Assembly (NCBI GenBank): GCA_049700215.1
Contig: JBNAVT010000014.1
Location: 1-49,869 of the forward strand
Length of the DNA stretch: 49,869 nucleotides
Source of the DNA: Thermoproteota archaeon
GTDB lineage: Archaea; Thermoproteota; EX4484-205; JAAOZP01
Direction of reading: 5' to 3'
How positions within the stretch are numbered: position 1 is the first letter of the stretch; each line of letters opens with the position of its first letter. Made by a program: the position numbers and the translations under genes. Positions 38,587 through 47,366 of the stretch are shown one piece after another. Under the pieces are notes generated by a model. It was not told the origin of the DNA and made no database searches. It was given only the letters and a program-made list of their open reading frames with translations.

Positions 38587-39342
38587 TCAGCAAGCCTCCT
38601 TAATAATCCTGAGAATGTTTCCACCGAGAATCAAATCCTTGTCTTCCTCCCTGATTCCAGCCGATTCGATCATCCTGTAGGAGGCATTAAAGTACTCGAG
38701 GAGTATTTCGGAGCCGAATATGAGCCTGCTGGCACCAACTTTTTCAACAAGAACCTCGACAGCGTCAGTAGAGGCTAGAAGACGAGTTTCAACATACAGG
38801 TTCCTGTTCCTCCTGGCTGAAACTATGAACTCGCTTAGAAGAGAGTATGTGCATCCAAGAATTATCACGGGGTAATCCTTATCCGCAGTAAGCCTCGAGA
38901 GAACGGTTATACACCCGTATTCATTGCAGGGAACCAAGAGTGGCACTCCTAATCCCTTCATGCTTTCAGCGATCTCGATTACGGGGGAATAGTCCAGCGG
39001 GTAGCCTTGAAACTCCCTGAAAAGCCTGAGCCCTTTAAAACCCTGTTCAACCAGGTTTTCAATCTCCCTCCTCCCTTCCAGAAACCTTCTAGGGTCGACC
39101 GTAGCTAGAGGAATAAGCCTCTTATCCGTGTAGCATGCTTTAAGGGTTTCCTCGTTTCCCTCCTCATAGCTGTAGAAAGCCCCTTTCAGAGAAGCTGTTA
39201 GGGCTTTTTCAATCCCGTGAAGATCCAGGGTCTTAAGCAGGTTTTTAAGCGAAGCATCTATCTTCCTCTTCGGATATGACCCGAAGACAGTGTTTGCATC
39301 AACTATCAGCCTTTTATCCGCACGCATCACTACTAGAAACAT
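38587..39342 (-). CDS. Amidohydrolase-fold protein with degenerate metal ligands
   Basis: IVDANTVFG, LIFGSE, ILGGNI. Same fold pattern as its neighbour, but HxH and the other His ligands are missing. Confidence 0.75.
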   Translation of the reverse strand: MFLVVMRADKRLIVDANTVFGSYPKRKIDASLKNLLKTLDLHGIEKALTASLKGAFYSYEEGNEETLKACYTDKRLIPLATVDPRRFLEGRREIENLVEQGFKGLRLFREFQGYPLDYSPVIEIAESMKGLGVPLLVPCNEYGCITVLSRLTADKDYPVIILGCTYSLLSEFIVSARRNRNLYVETRLLASTDAVEVLVEKVGASRLIFGSEILLEYFNASYRMIESAGIREEDKDLILGGNILRIIKEAC

Positions 39343-39411
39343 TATCTGCTAATTAAAAAGATTATTGGGGATGCGGCTTGACCAAAATTTCTGGGCTGTG
39401 AAGACTAGGCC

Positions 39412-40017
39412 TCATGTTCTTAAGAGCTCCCTTACTTCCCTAAATATTCTTTTCTTCGAGTCTCTTAACAATTCGTACATCAACATTTCTGTTGAAGAAA
39501 TTATGACGCCAGCATCCCTCATCCTTTGCAGAGCGAGATCAACGTTTTCAATTCTACGGGAGGAAACCGCGTCAGCCACGACGCAGGTTCTTATTCTCCT
39601 AGGGGTTTCAAGCGCTGTCTGCATTATGCAGACATGCGCCTCTATTCCTACAATTATTAACGTACTTACCCTCGTCTTTCTAACAGTGTCCCTGAATTCT
39701 TGAGACCCGAAACAGCTGAAGCTTGTCTTCTCAATGGGCTTAATGTCCCCCAGCTCGCTCCTTATTTCATGCACAGTTCTTCCAAGCCCCTTGGGGTACT
39801 GCTCAGTCAGTATGACGGGTATTTCACACTTTTTACAGAAACGTATCAGTTTCACAATGTTTCTCAGGATCTCTTCCCTCCTGCTCATTAGGGGAACCAG
39901 CTTCTCCTGCATGTCGACGACCAACAATACAGATCCCTCTATATTAATCAGTTTTGAACCAGCCTTCATCTTAATAGGGACGATTGTGGAAGGTCTTAAG
40001 CTTTTTCCAATTCTCAT
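39412..40017 (-). CDS. Isochorismatase family hydrolase (YcaC/ISOC-like)
   Basis: VVDMQEKL, TEQYPKGLG, KTSFSC, GIEAHVC, DAVSSR. Confidence 0.92.
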   Translation of the reverse strand: MRIGKSLRPSTIVPIKMKAGSKLINIEGSVLLVVDMQEKLVPLMSRREEILRNIVKLIRFCKKCEIPVILTEQYPKGLGRTVHEIRSELGDIKPIEKTSFSCFGSQEFRDTVRKTRVSTLIIVGIEAHVCIMQTALETPRRIRTCVVADAVSSRRIENVDLALQRMRDAGVIISSTEMLMYELLRDSKKRIFREVRELLRT

Positions 40018-40102
40018 CTGAGAATCCCTTCGCCATAGGCGGTTTAAACAGTCTGTTCAACCTGTTGGAAAAGGATTTAAACCAGCTGCTTAAGACATCG
40101 TT

Positions 40103-40915
40103 ATGCAAAAAACAGTGTTAAAGATACCTGCAAGATACTATAGGCTTTATCTTGAAGAGAAGCCCTACGGGTGTCTAGAGGGAGATTTTCATTATTTTCA
40201 GGAACTGCTTGAAATACCTGTTGTCGAAAGCGCTTTAATCTTGGTGGACTGTTGGAGCATACATTACTGTGAAAGCTATCTTTCAAGGTCGAGAAAAATA
40301 ATAGAGGAAAAGATCGTTCCAGTGGTGGAAGCTGCTAGAGAAACCGGTGTGACAGTGGTACACGCTCCCTCGTCGAACGTGGCTGAAAAATACTCTCAAT
40401 CATCCAGGTTCTTCGAAAAGGGGGATGAGGAAAGGTTCCCTACCTATGCCTCCATAGACCCCGAGTGGCCTCCTAGGGAATTCGTAGAGCGGAGGGAAAA
40501 CTATTCTGTGTTCAACAGGGTTTTTTCACCGCCGCGTGAAACTTGGGAGGAAGTTTACAGGGAGAAACTATTGATAGCTGAGCCTCTGACTCCTAAGCCG
40601 GAGGATTACGTGGTCAGGTCTGGAAGACAATTGCATAAGATACTTAAAAGTCTTAGGAAACTCCATCTCTTCTACGCCGGCTTCGCTACCAACATGTGTC
40701 TGCAACATAGGGATTATGGGGTTAGGGCTGCAAGCGAAATGGGTTATAACGTGATCCTTCTGAGGGATTGTACTGCGGCAATTGAAGCTCACGATACCGT
40801 TGGCCAGCAGCTGGCGACAAGAATATTTGTTCAAGAGATTGAAACTAAGTATGCTTGGTCAACAACCTCCAGGGATTTTATAGAGGCTTGCAGAAACCGT
40901 TCAAAGAATCCTTGA
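40103..40915 (+). CDS. Isochorismatase / cysteine hydrolase family protein
   Basis: ALILVDCW, VVHAPS, YAGFATNMCL, LRDCTAA. Confidence 0.8.
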   Translation: MQKTVLKIPARYYRLYLEEKPYGCLEGDFHYFQELLEIPVVESALILVDCWSIHYCESYLSRSRKIIEEKIVPVVEAARETGVTVVHAPSSNVAEKYSQSSRFFEKGDEERFPTYASIDPEWPPREFVERRENYSVFNRVFSPPRETWEEVYREKLLIAEPLTPKPEDYVVRSGRQLHKILKSLRKLHLFYAGFATNMCLQHRDYGVRAASEMGYNVILLRDCTAAIEAHDTVGQQLATRIFVQEIETKYAWSTTSRDFIEACRNRSKNP

Positions 40916-40926
40916 CTCTAACAGTT

Positions 40927-42273
40927 TCAACTCGTGGGAATGCTAGAGGAATAGTTTGCCGAACTATAAAAGTTGCTTCCAATCTGATTTTTTATGAAAT
41001 CCTCCAGCTCGTTTGCGAGTCTTTCCACCTCGTCCTTCTTGTGAGCCGTTGACACTGCGAAATGAGGGGTCTCGGGTCTTAGATACGCTATCCCCTTCTG
41101 AAGCATGTGGTAGAATAATTTTCTACCCAGTTCCCTGTTCTTAGTTCTCTCAGCCGTCAAACCGTTAACCGGCCTCTCTTTTGTAAAATGCAGTCCGAAC
41201 ATCGACAGTAATCCGGTAACGTATGCTTCAAACCCTGTTTCCTCAAGGATCTCTCTAATCCTCTTCCTCCCGTATTCTGCAAGAGAATTAACATAGGGAT
41301 ATATTTCATCACTTCTCTTCTCGAGCTCGCTTATTGTAACGTATCCGGCACGCATCGTCAAAGCGTTGCCGACGTAGGTTCCACCGTGGAATGACCGGCT
41401 CCAGAACTCCGGCCTATTAAGCTGGTCTAGTAGACTCATTATCTCCCTGTCTCCACATATCCCTCCTGCTCCAGCGAAATACTGCCCGCCGGCCGTTTTA
41501 CCTATTGTTATTATGTCCGGCTTAACTTTGAAATAATTCTGCATACCACCGGGATGCCTAAACCCAGTGATAACCTCGTCGAATATTAACACTATGCTCC
41601 TTCTGCTGCAGAATTCTCTAAGGCCTTTCAAGTAGTCTTCGCTCGCCGGAATAACTCCCGCGGATCCGAGAACCGGTTCCAAGATTATGCCGGCCAGATC
41701 CTCTTTCTCAACTATTCTTATCGTTGCCTCAAGATCGTTGAATGGAAGTGGAACAATGTTTTCAACACTGGCTAAGCCTAAGGAGGATGGCTTATCATAG
41801 GGATAGTTAACCGCCTTATGCAGCCCGTCGTATCCTCCATGCCATCCCCCCTCCATCTTGCCGATTTTCCTCCTTCCAGTGTAGGCTCTCGCAAGCCTGA
41901 CAGCATACATGTTTGCCTCCGTCCCACTGTTCGCCGGCTTGGCCATATCCATATTGAACCATCTGCACACTGCCTCCGCCCACTTCACCTCCCATTCGTT
42001 GCACCATCCGAAGTGCGCCCCGTAGTCAAGCTGTTCCCTAACAGCGTTAATTACCGGTTTATAGCCGTGTCCAAGTATGGCTGCGAAATGAACCATCCAG
42101 AAGTCAATGTATTCATTGCCGTCGACATCCCAAATCCTGCTGCCTTCAGCCCGGTTGACGTAAAAAGGATAGGGCTCGAAATACCTTATGGAGTATGCTG
42201 ACCCGCCTGGAATATGTTTCTTTGCTTTTTCGAAAAGCTCCCTAGAGACTCTCGTTCTTTCCCCGTAGCTCAT
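40927..42273 (-). CDS. Class III PLP aminotransferase (glutamate-1-semialdehyde aminomutase-like)
   Basis: WDVDGNEYIDF, ILGHG, NSGTEA, GGWHG, FDEVITGFR, IGKTAGG, HGGTY.GN. Confidence 0.9.
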   Translation of the reverse strand: MSYGERTRVSRELFEKAKKHIPGGSAYSIRYFEPYPFYVNRAEGSRIWDVDGNEYIDFWMVHFAAILGHGYKPVINAVREQLDYGAHFGWCNEWEVKWAEAVCRWFNMDMAKPANSGTEANMYAVRLARAYTGRRKIGKMEGGWHGGYDGLHKAVNYPYDKPSSLGLASVENIVPLPFNDLEATIRIVEKEDLAGIILEPVLGSAGVIPASEDYLKGLREFCSRRSIVLIFDEVITGFRHPGGMQNYFKVKPDIITIGKTAGGQYFAGAGGICGDREIMSLLDQLNRPEFWSRSFHGGTYVGNALTMRAGYVTISELEKRSDEIYPYVNSLAEYGRKRIREILEETGFEAYVTGLLSMFGLHFTKERPVNGLTAERTKNRELGRKLFYHMLQKGIAYLRPETPHFAVSTAHKKDEVERLANELEDFIKNQIGSNFYSSANYSSSIPTS

Positions 42274-42292
42274 CTTCCTGGTCTTAAGGTGG

Positions 42293-43306
42293 TTAACCGC
42301 CTTTTAAATCTAAGAAGGCTGATGGCAGAGGGATATCCGTTATTCTGAGCAAGCCTGTTCTCGCCCCTAAAACTTTAGGGATAAGGTTCACTACTACTGC
42401 GGCGGTGGCGGTGTCGCCGGCAATACCTGTGCTCCTCCACTTAACCGGTGGCTCTCCCTCTATCACTACTTCTTCAAACTCCTCCCCACCGGCTTCAGCT
42501 AGAAGCTCAACCCTGACGAGCTCTTTTTCCCCGGCATAGCCGATTCCGTAGCCGTGCACTCCCGAGACTCTTCCCGGCGTTATTTCAAAGTATTGTGTTT
42601 TCAACGGTTTCGTCGACACTATTGGCTCCTGTTTTTCAACTATCCTAGTAAGGTTTACGCCGAGGGCGGACGCGATTAGGTCGACGGATTCACCATAACC
42701 TATGTGCGCCGTTATCTCGCCGCTCTCCATTTTACGCGTGAACTCCTGGACGCTTAAGGCAAGCCCATACTTCTTTTGGAACGAGAGTCTTCTTTTCCCA
42801 GCGTCTAAAGACCTTGTGACTCTTAAACGGTTTATTCTCGCGCATACCAGTGTCATGAGTATGGGCAGGGCGTCGAAAACAAACCCAGGGTTTACGCCGG
42901 CACCTATGATTGAAACATTGTTTTCCCTAGCCATTCTGTCTATTTCCGTGGCCAGCTTAGGATAACGATACCAGGGATTAGCCAGTGTTTCTGAAGTCGA
43001 GATTAAATCCGTCCCGGCTTCTATACACTTAACTATCTGCGGATAAATTTTCTCCAAATGCGAGGAGGTTGCGTGGAGCACAATATCGGCTCCGCTTCTC
43101 CTCAGGATTTCAGCCGCTTCCGACTCTCTTGAGATAGTGACGCCAATCCTACTGTTGACTCCAATCACTTCGCCAACATCCCTGCCTATTTTAGAATCAT
43201 CGACCTCGAAAGCCGCTACTAGTTCAAGGCTCTTTCTCTCCAAAACTTTTCTGGCTATAAGCATTCCGATGGGGCCTAATCCATAGACTGCCACCCTGAC
43301 CAGCAT
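42293..43306 (-). CDS. 2,4-diaminopentanoate dehydrogenase (Ord) / DapB-like NAD(P)-dependent oxidoreductase
   Basis: YGLGPIG, HATSS, ISTSE, GVNPGF, HIGYGES, GDTATAA. Confidence 0.8.
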   Translation of the reverse strand: MLVRVAVYGLGPIGMLIARKVLERKSLELVAAFEVDDSKIGRDVGEVIGVNSRIGVTISRESEAAEILRRSGADIVLHATSSHLEKIYPQIVKCIEAGTDLISTSETLANPWYRYPKLATEIDRMARENNVSIIGAGVNPGFVFDALPILMTLVCARINRLRVTRSLDAGKRRLSFQKKYGLALSVQEFTRKMESGEITAHIGYGESVDLIASALGVNLTRIVEKQEPIVSTKPLKTQYFEITPGRVSGVHGYGIGYAGEKELVRVELLAEAGGEEFEEVVIEGEPPVKWRSTGIAGDTATAAVVVNLIPKVLGARTGLLRITDIPLPSAFLDLKGG

Positions 43307-43395
43307 GCTTTACCACAACCCTTAATAGATATTTAAGGGTTCGTGAACCATGATTCAACGCTTAAATACGAATTCCTAGGAATGGGTTCAGCGTA

Positions 43396-44967
43396 ATGAT
43401 GAAAACTGTCTCCTCTTGGATTGATTTCATCAGCTCCGGTCCTGGAGCAAGTAGGCTGGCAGAGATATATGGGCCGGGTTTCGTTGAAGAAAGGAGAAGA
43501 GTGGTTCTGAAGGTGTTGAAGACGTTTGGTGAAACATATGGTTTTGAAAGAAAGGTGATTATAGTCCGGGCTCCGGGTAGGGTGAACATGATGGGTAGGC
43601 ACGTGGATCACAGGGGTGGGTTCGTAAACCCGATGGTGATTCCGAGGGAAGTCATAATGGTTGCCGAGGGAAGAGGAGACTCCTGCATTGAGATTCATAA
43701 TGCAGAGGAGAAGTTTGAATCTGGAAAATTTGAAATAGGAGAAGAATTACCTGGCAAGAAAATATCTACACTAGATGAATGGAGGAGATGGACTCAGGAA
43801 AACCTTGAGAAGAAGCCTGAGAGGGAGAGGAAATCCTGGATAAACTATGTTAAGTCAGTATGCTACTTGCAGAATGTTTACACTGGGGAGGGGTCGCACG
43901 GGAAAAAGTTGCTGGGGGCGAACATTGTCTGCTATGGTGACATACCCCGGTCCGCAGGGCTTTCCTCATCGTCAGCTTTAGTCGTCGCCACATTCTTGAC
44001 GGTTTCAAACCTGAATGGTCTTGAAATCCCGAGGGAGAAGATGGTTGAATACACGGGCATCGGGGAATGGTACGTGGGAACCAGGGGTGGATGGGGGGAT
44101 CAGGCGGCAATGCTCTTCTCGAAAAGAGGCTTCGTAAGCCACATAGGCTTCTTCCCATTCCGAATATCCTACATACCGTTTCCAAGCGGGGTCAGCATTA
44201 TTCTTTGCAACTCCTTCGTTGCGGCAAGCAAGATGACGGGGGCCAGGAGTATTTTCAACGAGAAGGTTTCTACCTACGAGTTCGGGTTTGAACTAATGAA
44301 GAAGTTTAACCCGAGGCTAAAAGGCTTCGAGTATTTGAGGGATATTAATCCTGAGAATTTTGAGACTGCTGAAATATACCGGATGGTCAAATCCCTGCCT
44401 GAGAGAATAAGCAGGAGCGAGCTTAGAAGCCTCCTTCCGGAGAAAGAGGAATGGTTGAACAAGATGTTTAAGGAGCATGAGGAGCCGAGGGAGGGCTATG
44501 ATTTGAGGGGAGTATGCTTATTCGGGATTTCAGAGTGTGAACGGAGCAGGAGAACCCGGTGGATCCTACCCGGGGACGTGGAGCTTTTCGGAAGGCTGAT
44601 GAATATTTCTCATGACGGGGATAGGGTGGTTAAGTCAGGCTTGAAATGGCGTGTCAGGGTGACTGATGAATACCTGGAGAGGCTTACCCGTTCTGAAGGC
44701 GAGACTAGGCTGGAGTTTCAGTCAGGCTACTACGGGTGTGGGGCTGAGGAAACTGATTTCCTCGTCGACACCGCGTTAAAAGTCCCGGGTACCATAGGGG
44801 CGTCAATAGTTGGTGCTGGCCTAGGGGGTTGTGTAGCGATCCTCGCGTATACGGGTGCTGTGAATGAGATTGTAGATAGGCTGGAGAGAGACTATTATTG
44901 TGGCGAGAGCAAGCCGAAAAGCGGGGTCATGCTTGTCAGCCCTGTCGAGGGTGCTTGCCTAATTTGA
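43396..44967 (+). CDS. GHMP kinase, galactokinase family
   Basis: APGRVNMMGRHVDHRGG, IPRSAGLSSSSA, GGWGDQ, GAGLGGC. Confidence 0.88.
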   Translation: MMKTVSSWIDFISSGPGASRLAEIYGPGFVEERRRVVLKVLKTFGETYGFERKVIIVRAPGRVNMMGRHVDHRGGFVNPMVIPREVIMVAEGRGDSCIEIHNAEEKFESGKFEIGEELPGKKISTLDEWRRWTQENLEKKPERERKSWINYVKSVCYLQNVYTGEGSHGKKLLGANIVCYGDIPRSAGLSSSSALVVATFLTVSNLNGLEIPREKMVEYTGIGEWYVGTRGGWGDQAAMLFSKRGFVSHIGFFPFRISYIPFPSGVSIILCNSFVAASKMTGARSIFNEKVSTYEFGFELMKKFNPRLKGFEYLRDINPENFETAEIYRMVKSLPERISRSELRSLLPEKEEWLNKMFKEHEEPREGYDLRGVCLFGISECERSRRTRWILPGDVELFGRLMNISHDGDRVVKSGLKWRVRVTDEYLERLTRSEGETRLEFQSGYYGCGAEETDFLVDTALKVPGTIGASIVGAGLGGCVAILAYTGAVNEIVDRLERDYYCGESKPKSGVMLVSPVEGACLI

Positions 44968-45015
44968 AAACCTATTCCTCAAACTTTAAAAAAGCTCTTT
45001 CTTCCCAGGTTCAGC

Positions 45016-47349
45016 ATGCGTGAGGAGTCTGAGGGAAAGATTAGGGAGAATACTGTTGCGATTGTTCCTGCAGGCGGCTCAGGCTTCAGGTCTACACCGC
45101 TCTGGACTAGGTTGGACCCGTATACCGACACTATTTCGAAGCCTGCGATGAGAGACCTCTTCTGGAGAAAAACGTATTTAGACACTATATTCGAAACTAT
45201 AATGCGCTCCGGCCTGGTTAAGTCGATTCTCCTGTCAGTCGGCAGAAGAGTAGGGGGGAGCGTTGAAGAGTGCAGGGATGAAAGGGACCTAATAGATCTT
45301 AAGGCACTGATGGATTTGAAAGCGGTTGTGGCGAAATGGAGAGGTGTTGAGATTTTCTTCGACAATCCTGGCGACAAGGGTACTGGTGCTGCGGCAACAA
45401 GCGTGGAGGGTAAGAAACTGGTTAGGGAGAGCGGTGCGAAATACGTTTTCATCTACTATGGGGATGTGCCGACTGTACCTCCCGAAGAAATAAGGAACAT
45501 TATAAGGAGCCACGTGTCTTCTGGCGCGAAGATCACTGTAGTCACTTGCGACAAGGGTGATCCATTCATGTACGGGAGAATAGTCAGGTACCCGAAGAAG
45601 GTTTTAGGCGTTGTTGAGGAGAAGGATGTTAAGGATGGGAAGTCGCTAGAGATAAACAGGATGCTTAAAAGCGGAGAGCTGATCGCTGTTAGGCTTCCCG
45701 AGGTTGACACAGGGAAATACGGCGAATGGGCTTCATACGTGTTCCTCAGGAAGCAGGATGTTGACAAGGCTGGCGGCGAGATCTGCATATACCACCCCAT
45801 AAGAGAGGCTCTCCCGGAGGGGAAAATAGTTATTTCAAGAAAACAGCTTGAGGAGAGACGGGTTAAGCTAGACGGGAGGGCCCTGCTTTTCCACCCTATG
45901 TCAGACGAGTTCCTAGATATAAAGGAGCAGGATGAAATCGGGGTTACTGCGGAGCAGAGGAGGAGCATCGGTTCTCTGGAGGTTAACCTTCTGGACTTCA
46001 GGGTTTCAACAGACTATCTTAACGCGATAAGGGAGAGGAACACGGGGCTGATGGTGATGAACGCCGAGGTTTATCTTAACGTGATAAGGGATGTTGACGC
46101 GCCCAACTATGGGCGGGTTTTAAGAGGCGATTCGGAGATTGTGGTGCCTAACCCTGATGTTTTCTCTCTAAAACCCGGTGAGAGGAGACACGGGTTATCC
46201 AGGGAGGAGCTGCTCTCGATAAGCGAGTGCAAGAGGATTGGTCCAAGCCCGCCCGGAGTATACGTTTTAGAGAGGCACGCTGGAGGCGAGTACTTCCTTC
46301 CAGAGGTCTCTAAGGAGGCTGTTTCAAAGGGGGAGAGGGTCAACATATATTTGCTTAAGGGTGAGGAGGGTGTTGGCGAGGGATACGATTATAGGAGTGA
46401 GGCTAGGGTTGGGGCGATGCTCCAGTCTAGGAGAATGGCCAGGATGCTTGTGGAAAAGGGGTGCGTCATGGAGGGGGAGGCTGTAATAACCGTTGGCGGG
46501 GATTTTGACGCGAGCAGGGTTGGGAGGGGGACTGTTTTCACAGGCAGGGTTGACATAAGGGGGAGCGTAACGATAGGCGAGGGCTCCCGCATAAGCAACT
46601 CCTTCATTATCGCTCTGCCCCCAGGTGTTGCCAGCATTGGGAAAAACACTAGGATAATTGATTCCGTTATAGTTGGCTCAAATATTGGAGACAACGCTGT
46701 AGTGGAGAGGTGTGACGTCTATAAGGCTGAAGTTGATGCCTCAGCGTTTCTAAGGAATATGGTGGTCTGCTCGAAAAACGGTGAATCATACGTGGCGGTG
46801 AGGGAAGCCCCGGAGCTGGATCACGCCGGCCTGGAAGTGTTGGAGGGGCCTTCCCTGGAAGCGCTCGAGAAGATTTTCGGAGTTACTGTTGACCTGGGTG
46901 CAAGAATATACGTGGAGAGCAGGGTGAAGAGTTTTCTACGCGACATGATGATGGTTGCTGAAAAGGAGGGTGGCTTAAAGAAGTTTGACAAGAAGTTCAC
47001 TAAGCAGTTAAGGTCTCTAGCGTTCAGCGAGATACCCGGGCTACAAGAGTATAGTGATGTCCGCTTCTACGTTGGCGTCAATTCCTTTCTGAGCGGGGAA
47101 ATCGTTTTCAAGGGGGAGGTTCACGTCAAGCCCTGGTGCGTCATACACAACTCGATGATAGAGGAAAGCAGGGTTGAAAGGGGTGCTATAGTTTGGAACA
47201 GCATCCTGAAAAGATGCTTGGTTAACAGCTCGCTTGCGAAAAGGACGGTAATCGACAGGGAGAGCCTTAGCAGCATGGTTATTGACGAAGGGTGGAAATC
47301 ACCGGGGAGCGAATGGAAAAGCTTAATAATCTTTAAACACGGCGAGTAG
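45016..47349 (+). CDS. Enlarged GlmU-like sugar-phosphate nucleotidyltransferase with left-handed beta-helix domains
   Basis: VPAGGSGFR, KP, GTGAA, YGDVP, YGRIVR, ERNTG, EYFLPE; C-terminal hexapeptide repeats. Confidence 0.75.
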   Translation: MREESEGKIRENTVAIVPAGGSGFRSTPLWTRLDPYTDTISKPAMRDLFWRKTYLDTIFETIMRSGLVKSILLSVGRRVGGSVEECRDERDLIDLKALMDLKAVVAKWRGVEIFFDNPGDKGTGAAATSVEGKKLVRESGAKYVFIYYGDVPTVPPEEIRNIIRSHVSSGAKITVVTCDKGDPFMYGRIVRYPKKVLGVVEEKDVKDGKSLEINRMLKSGELIAVRLPEVDTGKYGEWASYVFLRKQDVDKAGGEICIYHPIREALPEGKIVISRKQLEERRVKLDGRALLFHPMSDEFLDIKEQDEIGVTAEQRRSIGSLEVNLLDFRVSTDYLNAIRERNTGLMVMNAEVYLNVIRDVDAPNYGRVLRGDSEIVVPNPDVFSLKPGERRHGLSREELLSISECKRIGPSPPGVYVLERHAGGEYFLPEVSKEAVSKGERVNIYLLKGEEGVGEGYDYRSEARVGAMLQSRRMARMLVEKGCVMEGEAVITVGGDFDASRVGRGTVFTGRVDIRGSVTIGEGSRISNSFIIALPPGVASIGKNTRIIDSVIVGSNIGDNAVVERCDVYKAEVDASAFLRNMVVCSKNGESYVAVREAPELDHAGLEVLEGPSLEALEKIFGVTVDLGARIYVESRVKSFLRDMMMVAEKEGGLKKFDKKFTKQLRSLAFSEIPGLQEYSDVRFYVGVNSFLSGEIVFKGEVHVKPWCVIHNSMIEESRVERGAIVWNSILKRCLVNSSLAKRTVIDRESLSSMVIDEGWKSPGSEWKSLIIFKHGE

Positions 47350-47366
47350 CATCCGGAGGATTAGAA

